Source: Candidatus Doudnabacteria bacterium (GTDB taxonomy: Bacteria > Patescibacteriota > Doudnabacteria > UBA920 > O2-02-FULL-48-8). From it: 64,000 bases of DNA. Positions 45,761 to 54,966 of this stretch are shown piece by piece. The notes under the pieces were generated by a model. It was not told where the DNA came from and searched no databases. It was given only the letters and a program-made list of their open reading frames with translations. The stretch covers positions 246,366 to 310,365 of the forward strand of contig JBBCGO010000001.1 of the NCBI GenBank assembly GCA_037200925.1. The letters run 5' to 3'. Every line of letters starts with the position of its first letter. Within the stretch, counting starts at the first letter, position 1. The translations under genes were made by a program, and so were the position numbers.

Positions 45761-46202
45761 CTAATTTATCAAGGATGTTTAGCATGACCTCATTCTGCCG
45801 TTCCAAGTGCGCCAGGATCGCTTCGATCTCCGCCTCAGCTTTGATGTTCACCTGAAAATCCGCCTCAGCCCTATACTCGGCATGCCGGCTCTGCAAATTC
45901 TGTCCGATCATAAGAAGCGGCATGAGGAAAATTTGGATCATGTTGGAAATGAACAGCCAGAAGACGAATGCCGGAGCCGGGTCGAACCGCTGGTCAATGG
46001 GGCCAAACGTATTCCATAAAAGCCAAACAATCGTCCAGGCAAAAATGATCAGAAAAAAACCCATGGTCCCGACATGATCCGTGATCCACACAGCCAACCG
46101 TTCCAAGCGGCTCAGGCTTTCTTTGTGCCTTTTGTTGGCATTGATGATCGGCCCGCCGATCTTTTTTACAGCCTCAAGCGAGGGCGGTTTTTTTGATTTC
46201 AA
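45744..46202 (-). CDS. DUF1003 membrane protein
   Basis: 152 aa; FDPAPAFVFWLFISNMIQIFLMPLLMIGQNLQSRHAE matches DUF1003 core. Confidence 0.55.
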   Translation of the reverse strand: MKSKKPPSLEAVKKIGGPIINANKRHKESLSRLERLAVWITDHVGTMGFFLIIFAWTIVWLLWNTFGPIDQRFDPAPAFVFWLFISNMIQIFLMPLLMIGQNLQSRHAEYRAEADFQVNIKAEAEIEAILAHLERQNEVMLNILDKLDGNQK

Positions 46203-46238
46203 GGTTTGTAGTTAAATATGCTTTAAGTATACTCTGTA

Positions 46239-46267
46239 TTGACAAAACGGGCAAAAACCACTATGAT
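46239..46267 (+). promoter_or_regulatory. Consensus sigma70 promoter TTGACA-17-TATGAT
   Basis: TTGACA 46239..46244, 17-nt spacer, TATGAT 46262..46267; drives GC-rich small ORFs. Confidence 0.6.
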
Positions 46268-46346
46268 CTAGCTCACTTCAAACTAGCGGAGCCGCAAACG
46301 TAAACCATCGAGGAGATTGGGTCAACCCTCAGAAAGAGGCAGTGGC

Positions 46347-46574
46347 ATGGACCGTTTGGAGTTAGAATGTATCGTCAGAAAGACGATCGCCAACCGCACT
46401 GAGATCAGCCTCAGCGACGCTGACAGCGAAATTCTTGTCACGGACATTGCCATCTCTGTCGGGCAGAAACTGGCTGACGAAACAGCCGCAGCCAGAAAGC
46501 ACGTCATTGCCGCGGCGAAAAATTTAAGCGACCTCGGTGAGATAATTCGTGAGCTTTGCGAAATTATCGAGTAG
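46347..46574 (+). CDS. Small acidic hypothetical protein (GC-rich cassette)
   Basis: AAGAGG RBS before ATG 46347; 75 aa helical/acidic. Confidence 0.4.
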   Translation: MDRLELECIVRKTIANRTEISLSDADSEILVTDIAISVGQKLADETAAARKHVIAAAKNLSDLGEIIRELCEIIE

Positions 46575-46629
46575 GACAAAGCTTTCGTTCATATTTCCTC
46601 GGCGCGCAAAAAAAACGGAGGCAAGAAGA

Positions 46630-46989
46630 ATGACGAACATGACCTCGGAAGCCCGCGAGGCGATCCTCCAGCTCATGAAGAGTGAGAGGGATGCCTGGGT
46701 CACCCCGACTCATGAACAGAATGATCCTGATAACTGGGGCTACGAAATGATGGTTGCCGACATCGAGACTGCCATGATCCGGTTTGAGGCAGGCGGAGTG
46801 AAGGACGCGCTCTTAATTCTCGAGAACATCCGGGACCGCACAACCACGACCACTGATCCTCCGGGAAAGACGTACAAAGAGCCGCCTCCTGAATTCCGCA
46901 GGCTCTTCGAAGCGACCGAACAAATAATCCGGATGAGGGAAGAGAACCTCAACCGGCTGATCGAGCTTCTCAGAGTTCAGATCAACTGA
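46630..46989 (+). CDS. Hypothetical protein (GC-rich cassette)
   Basis: GGAGG 9 nt upstream of ATG 46630; terminator 47009..47048 downstream. Confidence 0.4.
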   Translation: MTNMTSEAREAILQLMKSERDAWVTPTHEQNDPDNWGYEMMVADIETAMIRFEAGGVKDALLILENIRDRTTTTTDPPGKTYKEPPPEFRRLFEATEQIIRMREENLNRLIELLRVQIN

Positions 46990-47008
46990 TGCCAGCAGAA
47001 GTTTGAAA

Positions 47009-47048
47009 GCCGCACAACCGCCTTGGTCACAGACCAATGCGGTTTTTT
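47009..47048 (+). terminator. Rho-independent terminator
   Basis: CCGCA...TGCGG stem followed by T7. Confidence 0.55.
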
Positions 47049-47215
47049 ATTGACTCCATTTCTTTCTCTCTCCTCCCAAGCGACGGCAAAAAGCGAGGCC
47101 TTTGCAAAAAACTAGCCTTCGCAGGCCGACCTTAGTCGGCCGAGAAAGCAGGCAGCAAATTTAATTAAATTTGACTGCCGGTAGTTTTTGTAAAGGCCGA
47201 GCGCCTCTGTCGGAG

Positions 47216-49159
47216 CTACTTCTTATACCTGTTCGCCGCCCACCAGGCATATCCTGCTTTGGCCACAGGGCCAGCCACTGAATACCCTTCACCGCCGCCT
47301 TCGATCAGGACCGTGATCGCGATCTGCGGATTATCTGACGGAGCATAGGAAGTGAACCAGGCATGGTATTTGCTTAAATTTTTCGCATCGTATTGGGCAG
47401 TGCCGGTTTTGGCGGACACAGGGATCGGCAGACTGTTCAATGCCCGGCCTGAACCGTCTGTCACAGTCTGGCGCATTCCGTCCTGCACGATCTTTATAAC
47501 ATTCGGGTCAAAGATATTCTCAGCCAGAGCCTTAGGCGCGCCTTTGGCCAAAACCTCTCCGTCCTTGCCGTCGACCTCATCCAAAATATATGGCTGCATG
47601 ACCTTGCCGCCGTTGGCGATTGTGGAAGTCCAGCTGTTGATCTGCAGCGGCGTGGCCAGAACATCCCCTTGCCCGATCGATTCATGATATGTATCCCCGA
47701 GATACCAAGGGGATTTTTGGACGGCCTGTTTCCAGGCAGGATCAGGCACCAGCCCCGGCTTTTCCCCGGGCAGGTCTATGCCCAGAGTTTTACCCAAATT
47801 AAATTTATGAAACCAGGCCGCGATCTTATCAGGCCCAAGACCCTGGAATCCGGTTTTCAGATTACCGCCGCCCACGGTGTAAAAATAAATGTCGGAAGAT
47901 TTGGCTATCGCGGAATAAATATCCATCAGTCCCAAGCCCCCGTGCTCATAACCGTAAAAAGTAAAACTGCCCACGCGGATGACGCCGTCATCCAAAATTT
48001 TGGTCTTGGTGGTGATGACTCCCTCGGTCAGGCCGGCCGTGGCCATGACCGGTTTAATAGTGGAGCCCGGCGGATATTGGCCGGAGATGGCGCGATTGAG
48101 AAGCGGGTTATCGGAATTATTGGTGAGCTTTAAATAATCATCCTGGCTGATACCCTGAGCAAACAAATTGTTGTCAAAGGATGGCATCGAGATCAGCGCC
48201 AGTACCTGCCCGGTCTGAGGATCGGTAGCCACGACCGCGCCTTTTTTTACGTGCACCGAATTCATCTGCGATACCAAACTGTCATAAAGCACCTTCTGCA
48301 GGTCATAATCAATGTTCAGTTTGACATTATTCCCCGGTACGGCCGGCACTTCGGCCAGAGTGCGCTTAAAATTTCCCTGGGCATCGATCTCCGACTGCCT
48401 TTTTCCCGCCTCTCCCCGCAAGTATTGCTCGTACTGATACTCTAGGCCGGTTTTGCCGATGTAGTCGTTCAGCGCATAATCCGAATCCTGGTGCGCGGCA
48501 AGCTCGTCAGTCGTGATCTTTCCCGTATAGCCGACCAGGTGGGAGAACACCAGCGGGTCCTTATAATCGCGGATGGCATTGTTCTGGACAACAAAACCTT
48601 TCAAGTCATCCTGTTTGGAGATCAGCACCAGGGCCTGATCTTTCGTAATATCCTGAACCAGGGTCTGGGCCTGGAAAGAATCCTGCTTCATCCTGCTGAT
48701 ATTGTCCGAAAGCTCTGAGGGGTCTTTGCCGATTATCTGGGCAACCTCGGCCAGGCTGGACTGGTATACAGCCGTGTCTTTTGGAAGATCTGAGGTTACG
48801 GCTACGAGCTCAAAGTTCGGCACATTGCCGGCGATCAGCTTGCCATACTGGTCGAGCAGCAGGCCGCGAGGAGCCAATACGTATTGCACGCGAAGTTTGT
48901 TTCCTTCAGCCAGCGCTTTATATTCGGCTCCTTTTACGGCCTCCAGATAAAAGATCCGGCCGAACAGGGCGATCAGGCAAAAGATCGCCACTGTGCCCAA
49001 TACTCGATAATTCAATTCCTCGCGCTCATCGTCCAGCCCGTCTGCATCTTCGTTCTGCAGATCCATAAATGCCTCTTCAAAAGCGAGGTTTTTGCCGGAT
49101 TTGATCTTGCGGGTATTTAAGTTGTTGGTTTGAAACGGGTTGTCCATTTTTGCATCCAA
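47216..49159 (-). CDS. mrdA: Penicillin-binding protein 2 (peptidoglycan D,D-transpeptidase, elongasome)
   Basis: 647 aa; N-terminal TM, dimerisation domain, transpeptidase STIK-like motif (PPGSTIKP), KTG motif (SAKTGTAQ); last gene of mreBCD cluster. Confidence 0.8.
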   Translation of the reverse strand: MDAKMDNPFQTNNLNTRKIKSGKNLAFEEAFMDLQNEDADGLDDEREELNYRVLGTVAIFCLIALFGRIFYLEAVKGAEYKALAEGNKLRVQYVLAPRGLLLDQYGKLIAGNVPNFELVAVTSDLPKDTAVYQSSLAEVAQIIGKDPSELSDNISRMKQDSFQAQTLVQDITKDQALVLISKQDDLKGFVVQNNAIRDYKDPLVFSHLVGYTGKITTDELAAHQDSDYALNDYIGKTGLEYQYEQYLRGEAGKRQSEIDAQGNFKRTLAEVPAVPGNNVKLNIDYDLQKVLYDSLVSQMNSVHVKKGAVVATDPQTGQVLALISMPSFDNNLFAQGISQDDYLKLTNNSDNPLLNRAISGQYPPGSTIKPVMATAGLTEGVITTKTKILDDGVIRVGSFTFYGYEHGGLGLMDIYSAIAKSSDIYFYTVGGGNLKTGFQGLGPDKIAAWFHKFNLGKTLGIDLPGEKPGLVPDPAWKQAVQKSPWYLGDTYHESIGQGDVLATPLQINSWTSTIANGGKVMQPYILDEVDGKDGEVLAKGAPKALAENIFDPNVIKIVQDGMRQTVTDGSGRALNSLPIPVSAKTGTAQYDAKNLSKYHAWFTSYAPSDNPQIAITVLIEGGGEGYSVAGPVAKAGYAWWAANRYKK

Positions 49160-49632
49160 AGATAATATTGAAAGATCGGATACGTAAAGATCAAATTGAA
49201 CAGCAGCATCAGCGGCAGCCCCACGCTCAGCATATAAGGAAGATCCAAAGCCGTGTCCAGACCGAACAGGCCGAAGATGCGGTTGAATATTAAGAATAGT
49301 GCAAAATAAGCCACGGTGCTCACAGCCACCGAGGTGAACAAAATGATCTGGGTGACTTCGCGCGCCAGCACGGAATTGACGATAAAGTACAGCAGCAAAA
49401 ATACGCCGAGCAGGCTCATGGTCACAAGCCCGTCGGGCGAGCCTGACACAAAATCCAAAAGCAATCCTCCGGTCAGGGTCAGGCCCAGTCCCAAATTAAA
49501 ATCCGCCAGCAGCACAGCTACGACTATCATGACCAGGACCAAATTGACCGGCGCCAAATGCAAAGGCACCAGCACTCCGGCCTGGATGATCAGCAGCAAG
49601 AATAATGACAGGAACCAAATGATGGGACGCAT
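49117..49632 (-). CDS. mreD: Rod shape-determining protein MreD
   Basis: 171 aa polytopic membrane protein immediately downstream of mreC. Confidence 0.55.
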   Translation of the reverse strand: MRPIIWFLSLFLLLIIQAGVLVPLHLAPVNLVLVMIVVAVLLADFNLGLGLTLTGGLLLDFVSGSPDGLVTMSLLGVFLLLYFIVNSVLAREVTQIILFTSVAVSTVAYFALFLIFNRIFGLFGLDTALDLPYMLSVGLPLMLLFNLIFTYPIFQYYLWMQKWTTRFKPTT

Positions 49633-49773
49633 ATCTTTTTAACCCTTAGCGAGGATGCGGCATAAAAAAGAATTTCGAGGCCGAAGCCGCAATTTCGCGG
49701 CGAGGCCGAGGACTTAGGCATAAATTTGCGACCAGCAAATTTATGCCGTCTTTTTTTGCTGCATCCGAGCGCC

Positions 49774-50574
49774 TTATTGAACAACAAATAAAAATTGAAG
49801 GCTGCGCAAATCTGCGGCCGGAGATACGAATGCTTTTTGAAACAGGTCCGTGGATGAAGACCTGATGCCCGCCACATCCCCGATCAGCAAACCGCGGGGA
49901 AAATCATTTGATAAGCCGGAAGTAATGACCTCATCATCGGTTTTGATCAGTTCGTTCTGAGTCACCAGATCCAGGCTCAAACCCAGCCCGTGCTCGCCGT
50001 GCACCAGGCCGCGCGCTCCCGAATCCACAACTTCGGCATTGATGACCGTGGACGGGTCAGTGATCAGGGTCACTTGGCTGGAGTTCGGATAAAGTTTAGT
50101 GACTTTGCCCACCAAAAGTCCGGGTGCCACCACTACCGGCTGATCAAGGTTCACTCCCTCGCTGCTGCCTTTATCTATCACAAGCACCTGGGTAAATCCG
50201 GTGGGATCAGAATTTAGAACCTCAACAGGCAAAAGGTTGAGCTGGGAAGCCTGTTTAAAATTCAGAGCCTTGCGCAAGCCTACATTTTCTTCCTGGTCGG
50301 ATTTCAATCTGGCGTTTTCAAATGCCAGCTGATCTATCTGCGAAGAGAGCTTGGCGTTGTCTGAGGCCAGATTTTTGATCGTAAATATTGTGCTGAAAAT
50401 ACTCTTCACGCCGTTTGTGACCCCGGCAACCTTGGCCACACTGACGCCGTAAACCCGAAAAAAACCGTCTTTCAAAAGCCCGAGATAGCCTTTGGCGTCC
50501 AGAATGACCAAAAATGCCAGAAGGATAAAGATCGTAAAGATCTTGGTAAAAGTTTTGGAGTAGATAAAGCGCAT
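49774..50574 (-). CDS. mreC: Rod shape-determining protein MreC
   Basis: 266 aa; N-terminal TM, coiled coil (LSSQIDQLAFENARLKSDQEEN) and beta-rich C-terminal domains. Confidence 0.7.
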   Translation of the reverse strand: MRFIYSKTFTKIFTIFILLAFLVILDAKGYLGLLKDGFFRVYGVSVAKVAGVTNGVKSIFSTIFTIKNLASDNAKLSSQIDQLAFENARLKSDQEENVGLRKALNFKQASQLNLLPVEVLNSDPTGFTQVLVIDKGSSEGVNLDQPVVVAPGLLVGKVTKLYPNSSQVTLITDPSTVINAEVVDSGARGLVHGEHGLGLSLDLVTQNELIKTDDEVITSGLSNDFPRGLLIGDVAGIRSSSTDLFQKAFVSPAADLRSLQFLFVVQ

Positions 50575-50638
50575 AGGACGTGTAGTGTGTAGAGCGTAAC
50601 GTGCAGCGCTATACGTTACAAGTTACACGTTACACTTC

Positions 50639-51697
50639 TTACCTTGGTATTTGTTCAAACTCAGTCAGCACCAGGACTTCTTTCAGGCTAGGAAGGTCTT
50701 CCAGCACAATGCCGCAGCCGCGCACCACTGCCGTCAGCGGATCATCCGCGACCATGACCGGCATTTGTGTTTCTTCCGCGATCATCTGATCCAGGCCCCG
50801 CAGCAGTGCTCCGCCTCCGGCCAGAGTGATGCCGCGCTCCATTATATCCGCCACCAGTTCAGGAGGAGTTTCCTCGATCACGGATTTGATGTTATTCACG
50901 ATCATCCGCACGCTGCGGCCGAGCGCGTGCCTGATCTGCTCATCATTCACAGTCACCTCTTTCGGAAGGCCAGTGACCAAGTCCCGCCCTCGGATGTGGG
51001 TTTTCATATGGTCTTTCAAAAGCAACGCTGAGCCGATCTTGATCTTCACTTCCTCAGCAGTGCGCTCGCCGACAAGCAAATTGAATTCATCGCGGGCGAA
51101 CTGGATGATATTCTCGTTCATCTCGTCCCCCGCAACTCTTATGCTCCTGGATACCACGATGCCGCCCAGGGAGATCACGGCAATTTCCGCCGTCCCGCCG
51201 CCAATATCCACGATGAACGAACCTTGCGGGTCCTGGACCGGCATACGCGCCCCAATGGCAGCGGCCATCGGCTCCTCTATCAAAAATGCCATTCTGGCGC
51301 CGGCATTGAGAGTGGCGTCCTGCACCGCGCGCTTTTCCACTTCCGTCACTCCCGACGGAATGCCGATGACCACGCGCGGCCGGGATAAAAATCCCAATGC
51401 CGCCTGATTTACTTTATCAATAAAATACCTCAGCATCTGCTCAGTGACCTCAAAGTCTGATATCACGCCATCCACGAGCGGCCGGTGCGCCACGATGTGC
51501 GAAGGGGTTCGGCCCACCATGCGCTTGGCCTCATCGCCGATGGCCAGGATCTGTTTGGTTTTCTGATTGATGGCCACCACGGAAGGCTCATTAATAACAA
51601 TACCCTTGCCTTTGACATATACAAGGGTATTGGCTGTGCCAAGATCAATTCCAATGTCTCTTGAAAATTTGTCGAACACGAAATCTAAGATAGCCAT
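50639..51697 (-). CDS. mreB: Rod shape-determining protein MreB (actin homolog)
   Basis: 352 aa; IGIDLGTANTLVYV phosphate-1 motif, DIGGGTAEIAV phosphate-2. Confidence 0.9.
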   Translation of the reverse strand: MAILDFVFDKFSRDIGIDLGTANTLVYVKGKGIVINEPSVVAINQKTKQILAIGDEAKRMVGRTPSHIVAHRPLVDGVISDFEVTEQMLRYFIDKVNQAALGFLSRPRVVIGIPSGVTEVEKRAVQDATLNAGARMAFLIEEPMAAAIGARMPVQDPQGSFIVDIGGGTAEIAVISLGGIVVSRSIRVAGDEMNENIIQFARDEFNLLVGERTAEEVKIKIGSALLLKDHMKTHIRGRDLVTGLPKEVTVNDEQIRHALGRSVRMIVNNIKSVIEETPPELVADIMERGITLAGGGALLRGLDQMIAEETQMPVMVADDPLTAVVRGCGIVLEDLPSLKEVLVLTEFEQIPR

Positions 51698-51799
51698 ACG
51701 GGAAGTTTACTGATTGGAACGATTTTATTTAGTTTTTTGTTGTTGTGTTTTCTAAATTGTAATGATTTTTTTACGAATTGTAAATAATTTTTGGCTAAA

Positions 51800-53257
51800 T
51801 TAATAACTCTGGGCAAACAGCCAATGCCGGTGTGCCTTTTTCCCGCAGGCAAAGCATTTCAAATCTTCTTTTTCGTTCATCCGGTCAAGCTCCAGAACTC
51901 TTGGCGTTGCTTTGGTATCGGCTTTTATCCTTTTTTCGCAATCCGTATCCTCGCACCAAGGAACCCGGATAAAAGCTTTCTTCTCTTCCAGCATTCTTTT
52001 GAACTCATGGATCTCATTGGCCTCAAAAGTCAGGGCTTTTTTGTTTGCATCCGACTTGGCAAACATATCATTCTGGATCTTCTCAAGCAATTCCGCCACT
52101 GATCTTTCAATTCCGTCCAATTTAACCTGGCCTTTTTCAAAGTTATCCCTTCTAACGAACTGGACCGCGTTTTGTTCCAATTCCTTAGCCCCGATCTCCA
52201 ATCTTAACGGAATCCCCTTTAATTCGGATTCATTTATTCTAAAGCCCAATGATGCTTTGGCATCATCATCAATTTTGACCTTGATCCCTTTTTTCACAAG
52301 CTGTTCTTTTATTTTTGCGGCTGTCTCGGCAATTTTTTCCTGCATTCCTGCGTCTTTATTGTTGATAGGCAAAATCACAACCTGAATTGGCGTCACTTTT
52401 GGCGGCAAGACCAGACCTGAATCATCGCCGTGCGACAGGATCAAACCTCCTATCGCGCGGGTGGAAAAACCCCAAGAGGTTTGGTGCACGAACTGCTTTT
52501 CGCCTTTATCGTCCAAATATTGCACGTTGAATGCTTTACCGAAATTTTCACCCAAATAATGTGACGTAGCGGCTTGCAAAGCCTTGCCATCCGGCATAAC
52601 AAGCTCTATGGCATAAGTTTCAACAGCGCCGGCAAAAGTCTCGCCGCGGCTTTTAAGCCCGACGTAAACCGAGATGCCGTAATATTCTTCATAAAACTTC
52701 CTGTACCATTCCAAAGCCTTCAAGGTCATGACCATGGCGTCTTCCCGGTCAGTGTGCGCGGTGTGGCCTTCCTGCCACAAAAACTCCGAAGTCCGCATGA
52801 ACGGATAGGTGCGTTTTTCCCACCGTACGACATTGCACCATTGATTGAGCTTCATGGGCAGATCGCGGTGGCTCTGGATCCACTCCGCAAATTTCTGGGT
52901 GATCACGGTTTCCGAAGTCGGGCGCACGGCCAAAGGCTCTGCCAGTTTTTCACCGCCGGCTATCGTCACCACAGCCAGCTCCGGCGAGAAACCCTCCACA
53001 TGCTGTTTTTCTTTCTCAAACAGGCTCATCGGAATAAAGATCGGGAAGTAAACGTTTTGCACGCCGTCAGCTTTGAACCAGGCATCCAGAACTGCCACTG
53101 AATTTTCCCAGACCGCATAGCCGTGCGGCCTGATGATCATGCAGCCTTTCACATCCGAGTATTCGGCCAGTTCCGCGCGCAGAATCACATCATGGTACCA
53201 TTCCGAAATATTTTCTGATTTTTTCGTCAGCCCTTTTTTCTCAAAAGCTTTTATCAT
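51800..53257 (-). CDS. proS: Prolyl-tRNA synthetase, archaeal/eukaryotic-like type with C-terminal zinc-binding domain
   Basis: 485 aa; class II motifs, no bacterial-type INS editing insertion, C-terminal WCEDTDCE...CFACG cysteine cluster. Confidence 0.85.
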   Translation of the reverse strand: MIKAFEKKGLTKKSENISEWYHDVILRAELAEYSDVKGCMIIRPHGYAVWENSVAVLDAWFKADGVQNVYFPIFIPMSLFEKEKQHVEGFSPELAVVTIAGGEKLAEPLAVRPTSETVITQKFAEWIQSHRDLPMKLNQWCNVVRWEKRTYPFMRTSEFLWQEGHTAHTDREDAMVMTLKALEWYRKFYEEYYGISVYVGLKSRGETFAGAVETYAIELVMPDGKALQAATSHYLGENFGKAFNVQYLDDKGEKQFVHQTSWGFSTRAIGGLILSHGDDSGLVLPPKVTPIQVVILPINNKDAGMQEKIAETAAKIKEQLVKKGIKVKIDDDAKASLGFRINESELKGIPLRLEIGAKELEQNAVQFVRRDNFEKGQVKLDGIERSVAELLEKIQNDMFAKSDANKKALTFEANEIHEFKRMLEEKKAFIRVPWCEDTDCEKRIKADTKATPRVLELDRMNEKEDLKCFACGKKAHRHWLFAQSY

Positions 53258-53286
53258 AGGCCAATTATAGCATTTTTATCATTCTC

Positions 53287-53315
53287 TTGACAAAACAGGC
53301 CAAAAGGCGTATAAT
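53287..53315 (+). promoter_or_regulatory. Consensus sigma70 promoter TTGACA-17-TATAAT
   Basis: TTGACA 53287..53292, 17-nt spacer, TATAAT 53310..53315; similar spacer sequence to promoter at 46239. Confidence 0.65.
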
Positions 53316-53393
53316 TGCTTGTTGTGTCACATTCTGACACGAGCACTTTTTTCTTCAAACAACAAAAACGTACGATTTTCAAGAGGAGGATCG

Positions 53394-53885
53394 ATGACAC
53401 GAAAAGGCGTCGTCGCGCAGGCCTTTGGAGTGCCTGACAGCATTCGTTCCAACGAGCGGATTGCTTGGATGGCAGGAAGGAAAGCACTGCAACTAGAGGC
53501 GCCGGTGTACACTCAACGTGATGTGCGAATCGACGACGGTATCGAAGTCGAATACACTCCGGAAGAACCCGGCAACCCCCCGCCTACTCTCCGGATCGTC
53601 AGAGGCGCTGTTGCCTGGGCGATCCGCCTCGGCATCGGCGAACTCTGGCTGGCTTGCGCCAAGCCACACCTCTGGCGCTGCAAGCGGGACCTGGAGTATG
53701 CCATCCGGGAGGCCGGCGTACGGATTACCGTCCGAGTGTGTGAGTATGTCGAGCGCTATCCCGAACACGAATGGTACTGTGCTGATTCAACTCAGCCGCG
53801 GGTTCGCTCCGAGAAAGAATGGAGAAGGAGAGAACGCATCATAGAGTGGATGCCGATGTTCATTTACAAGCGCGTTGCAAGCTGA
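53394..53885 (+). CDS. Hypothetical protein (GC-rich cassette 1, gene 1)
   Basis: AAGAGGAGGA RBS then ATG 53394; 163 aa. Confidence 0.45.
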   Translation: MTRKGVVAQAFGVPDSIRSNERIAWMAGRKALQLEAPVYTQRDVRIDDGIEVEYTPEEPGNPPPTLRIVRGAVAWAIRLGIGELWLACAKPHLWRCKRDLEYAIREAGVRITVRVCEYVERYPEHEWYCADSTQPRVRSEKEWRRRERIIEWMPMFIYKRVAS

Positions 53886-53913
53886 CAACCGCGAGGAATT
53901 GAAGAGGTTACAA

Positions 53914-54177
53914 ATGAGCACACTCGGAGAAGTTCTTGATCTCGGCGGAATAATCAAACAGTCGCTCGACCTGTTCGACGGCAATCAAGCATTCAGAGAA
54001 GAGTTCGAGAAACGCTACACTCAGATCGGCGCCGCGATCGCTCAGGAGCAAAAGATCCCCCCTATGCTCGCGATCAACCTCGATGAAGAGATAGTGCTCG
54101 GAGCCGATTCCCAGCGTCTGTTCGACGATCTCAAAGCTTGGCTCAAGTCTAATGGCCTGAGCAGGGACCCACAGTAA
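53914..54177 (+). CDS. Hypothetical small acidic protein (GC-rich cassette 1, gene 2)
   Basis: 87 aa; GAAGAGG upstream of ATG 53914. Confidence 0.4.
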   Translation: MSTLGEVLDLGGIIKQSLDLFDGNQAFREEFEKRYTQIGAAIAQEQKIPPMLAINLDEEIVLGADSQRLFDDLKAWLKSNGLSRDPQ

Positions 54178-54205
54178 GGCTCGGCCATCGAAATATTCTC
54201 GACAA

Positions 54206-54251
54206 CGCGAGGAGTGGAAGACTCAAAATCTTCCCTCCGCGCGTTTTTTTT
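54206..54251 (+). terminator. Rho-independent terminator (GC-rich stem + T8), paralogous to 54836..54882
   Basis: CGCGAGGAGTGGAAGA-ctcaaaa-TCTTCCCTCCGCGCG followed by TTTTTTTT. Confidence 0.7.
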
Positions 54252-54252
54252 A

Positions 54253-54281
54253 TTGACAAACTATCATAAATCCCTTATTCT
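54253..54281 (+). promoter_or_regulatory. Candidate promoter TTGACA-17-TATTCT
   Basis: TTGACA 54253..54258 directly after terminator T-run; weak -10. Confidence 0.35.
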
Positions 54282-54312
54282 TGGACGAAGTATTTGCAGG
54301 AGGACGATACCG

Positions 54313-54606
54313 ATGAACAAACAGATATACTTATTCACCAGCGGCCCGACATGGAAGACCATCTGCGACGCTCTGAAGACCGGTCGGGCAATAACTTTTC
54401 GCTACAAGGAAGTGCAAGGATCTGCAAAGACCGGTAAGTTTCTCGTTTTTTCCGTGTCGACCATGAACGGCTGGCACCTTGAAAAGAAACGGAAAATGTT
54501 CCTGATCGTGGCTGTTGAATTGCTGGGAGCCCAACTAAAGCATTGCCTTGAATGGAACCCGAAAACCCGGCGAGGTACCAGCAGGTATCCGGAACCGGAT
54601 TGGTAA
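54313..54606 (+). CDS. Hypothetical protein (GC-rich cassette 2, gene 1)
   Basis: 97 aa; GCAGGAGGA RBS before ATG 54313. Confidence 0.4.
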   Translation: MNKQIYLFTSGPTWKTICDALKTGRAITFRYKEVQGSAKTGKFLVFSVSTMNGWHLEKKRKMFLIVAVELLGAQLKHCLEWNPKTRRGTSRYPEPDW

Positions 54607-54617
54607 AGGAGGAAGTC

Positions 54618-54830
54618 ATGACCCGAAAAGAGCTCAAAGCGATCATCGCAGGAATAGTGGAAGCTCATAAGCTTGATCCTGTAGACCGGCCGGAAGTGCT
54701 GATTCAAGCGCTTACGGACGCTATCGCAAAAAAGCTGGGCGAAGAAGCCAAGGCCAGGCGCGCTGAAGCAAGCAAGGCTGTTGAGGCTTTGGCTGCGGAC
54801 ATTCTGGAAAAATCACAGAAGAGTGATTAA
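54618..54830 (+). CDS. Hypothetical small helical acidic protein (GC-rich cassette 2, gene 2)
   Basis: 70 aa; AAGGAGGA RBS; composition resembles 46347 ORF product. Confidence 0.4.
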   Translation: MTRKELKAIIAGIVEAHKLDPVDRPEVLIQALTDAIAKKLGEEAKARRAEASKAVEALAADILEKSQKSD

Positions 54831-54835
54831 CATAC

Positions 54836-54882
54836 ACGCGAGAGGCGGAAGACTCAACATCTTCGTCCCCGCGTTTTTTTTT
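54836..54882 (+). terminator. Rho-independent terminator, near-duplicate of 54206..54251
   Basis: CGCGAGAGGCGGAAGA-ctcaaca-TCTTCGTCCCCGCG followed by T9. Confidence 0.7.
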
Positions 54883-54966
54883 AAAAAAGTAACTCCCCCG
54901 CTAACTCTTAGGCTAACTCACCTCCTCTTATTTTAAGAGGGGTGGCACGAAGTGCCGGGGGCGTTA

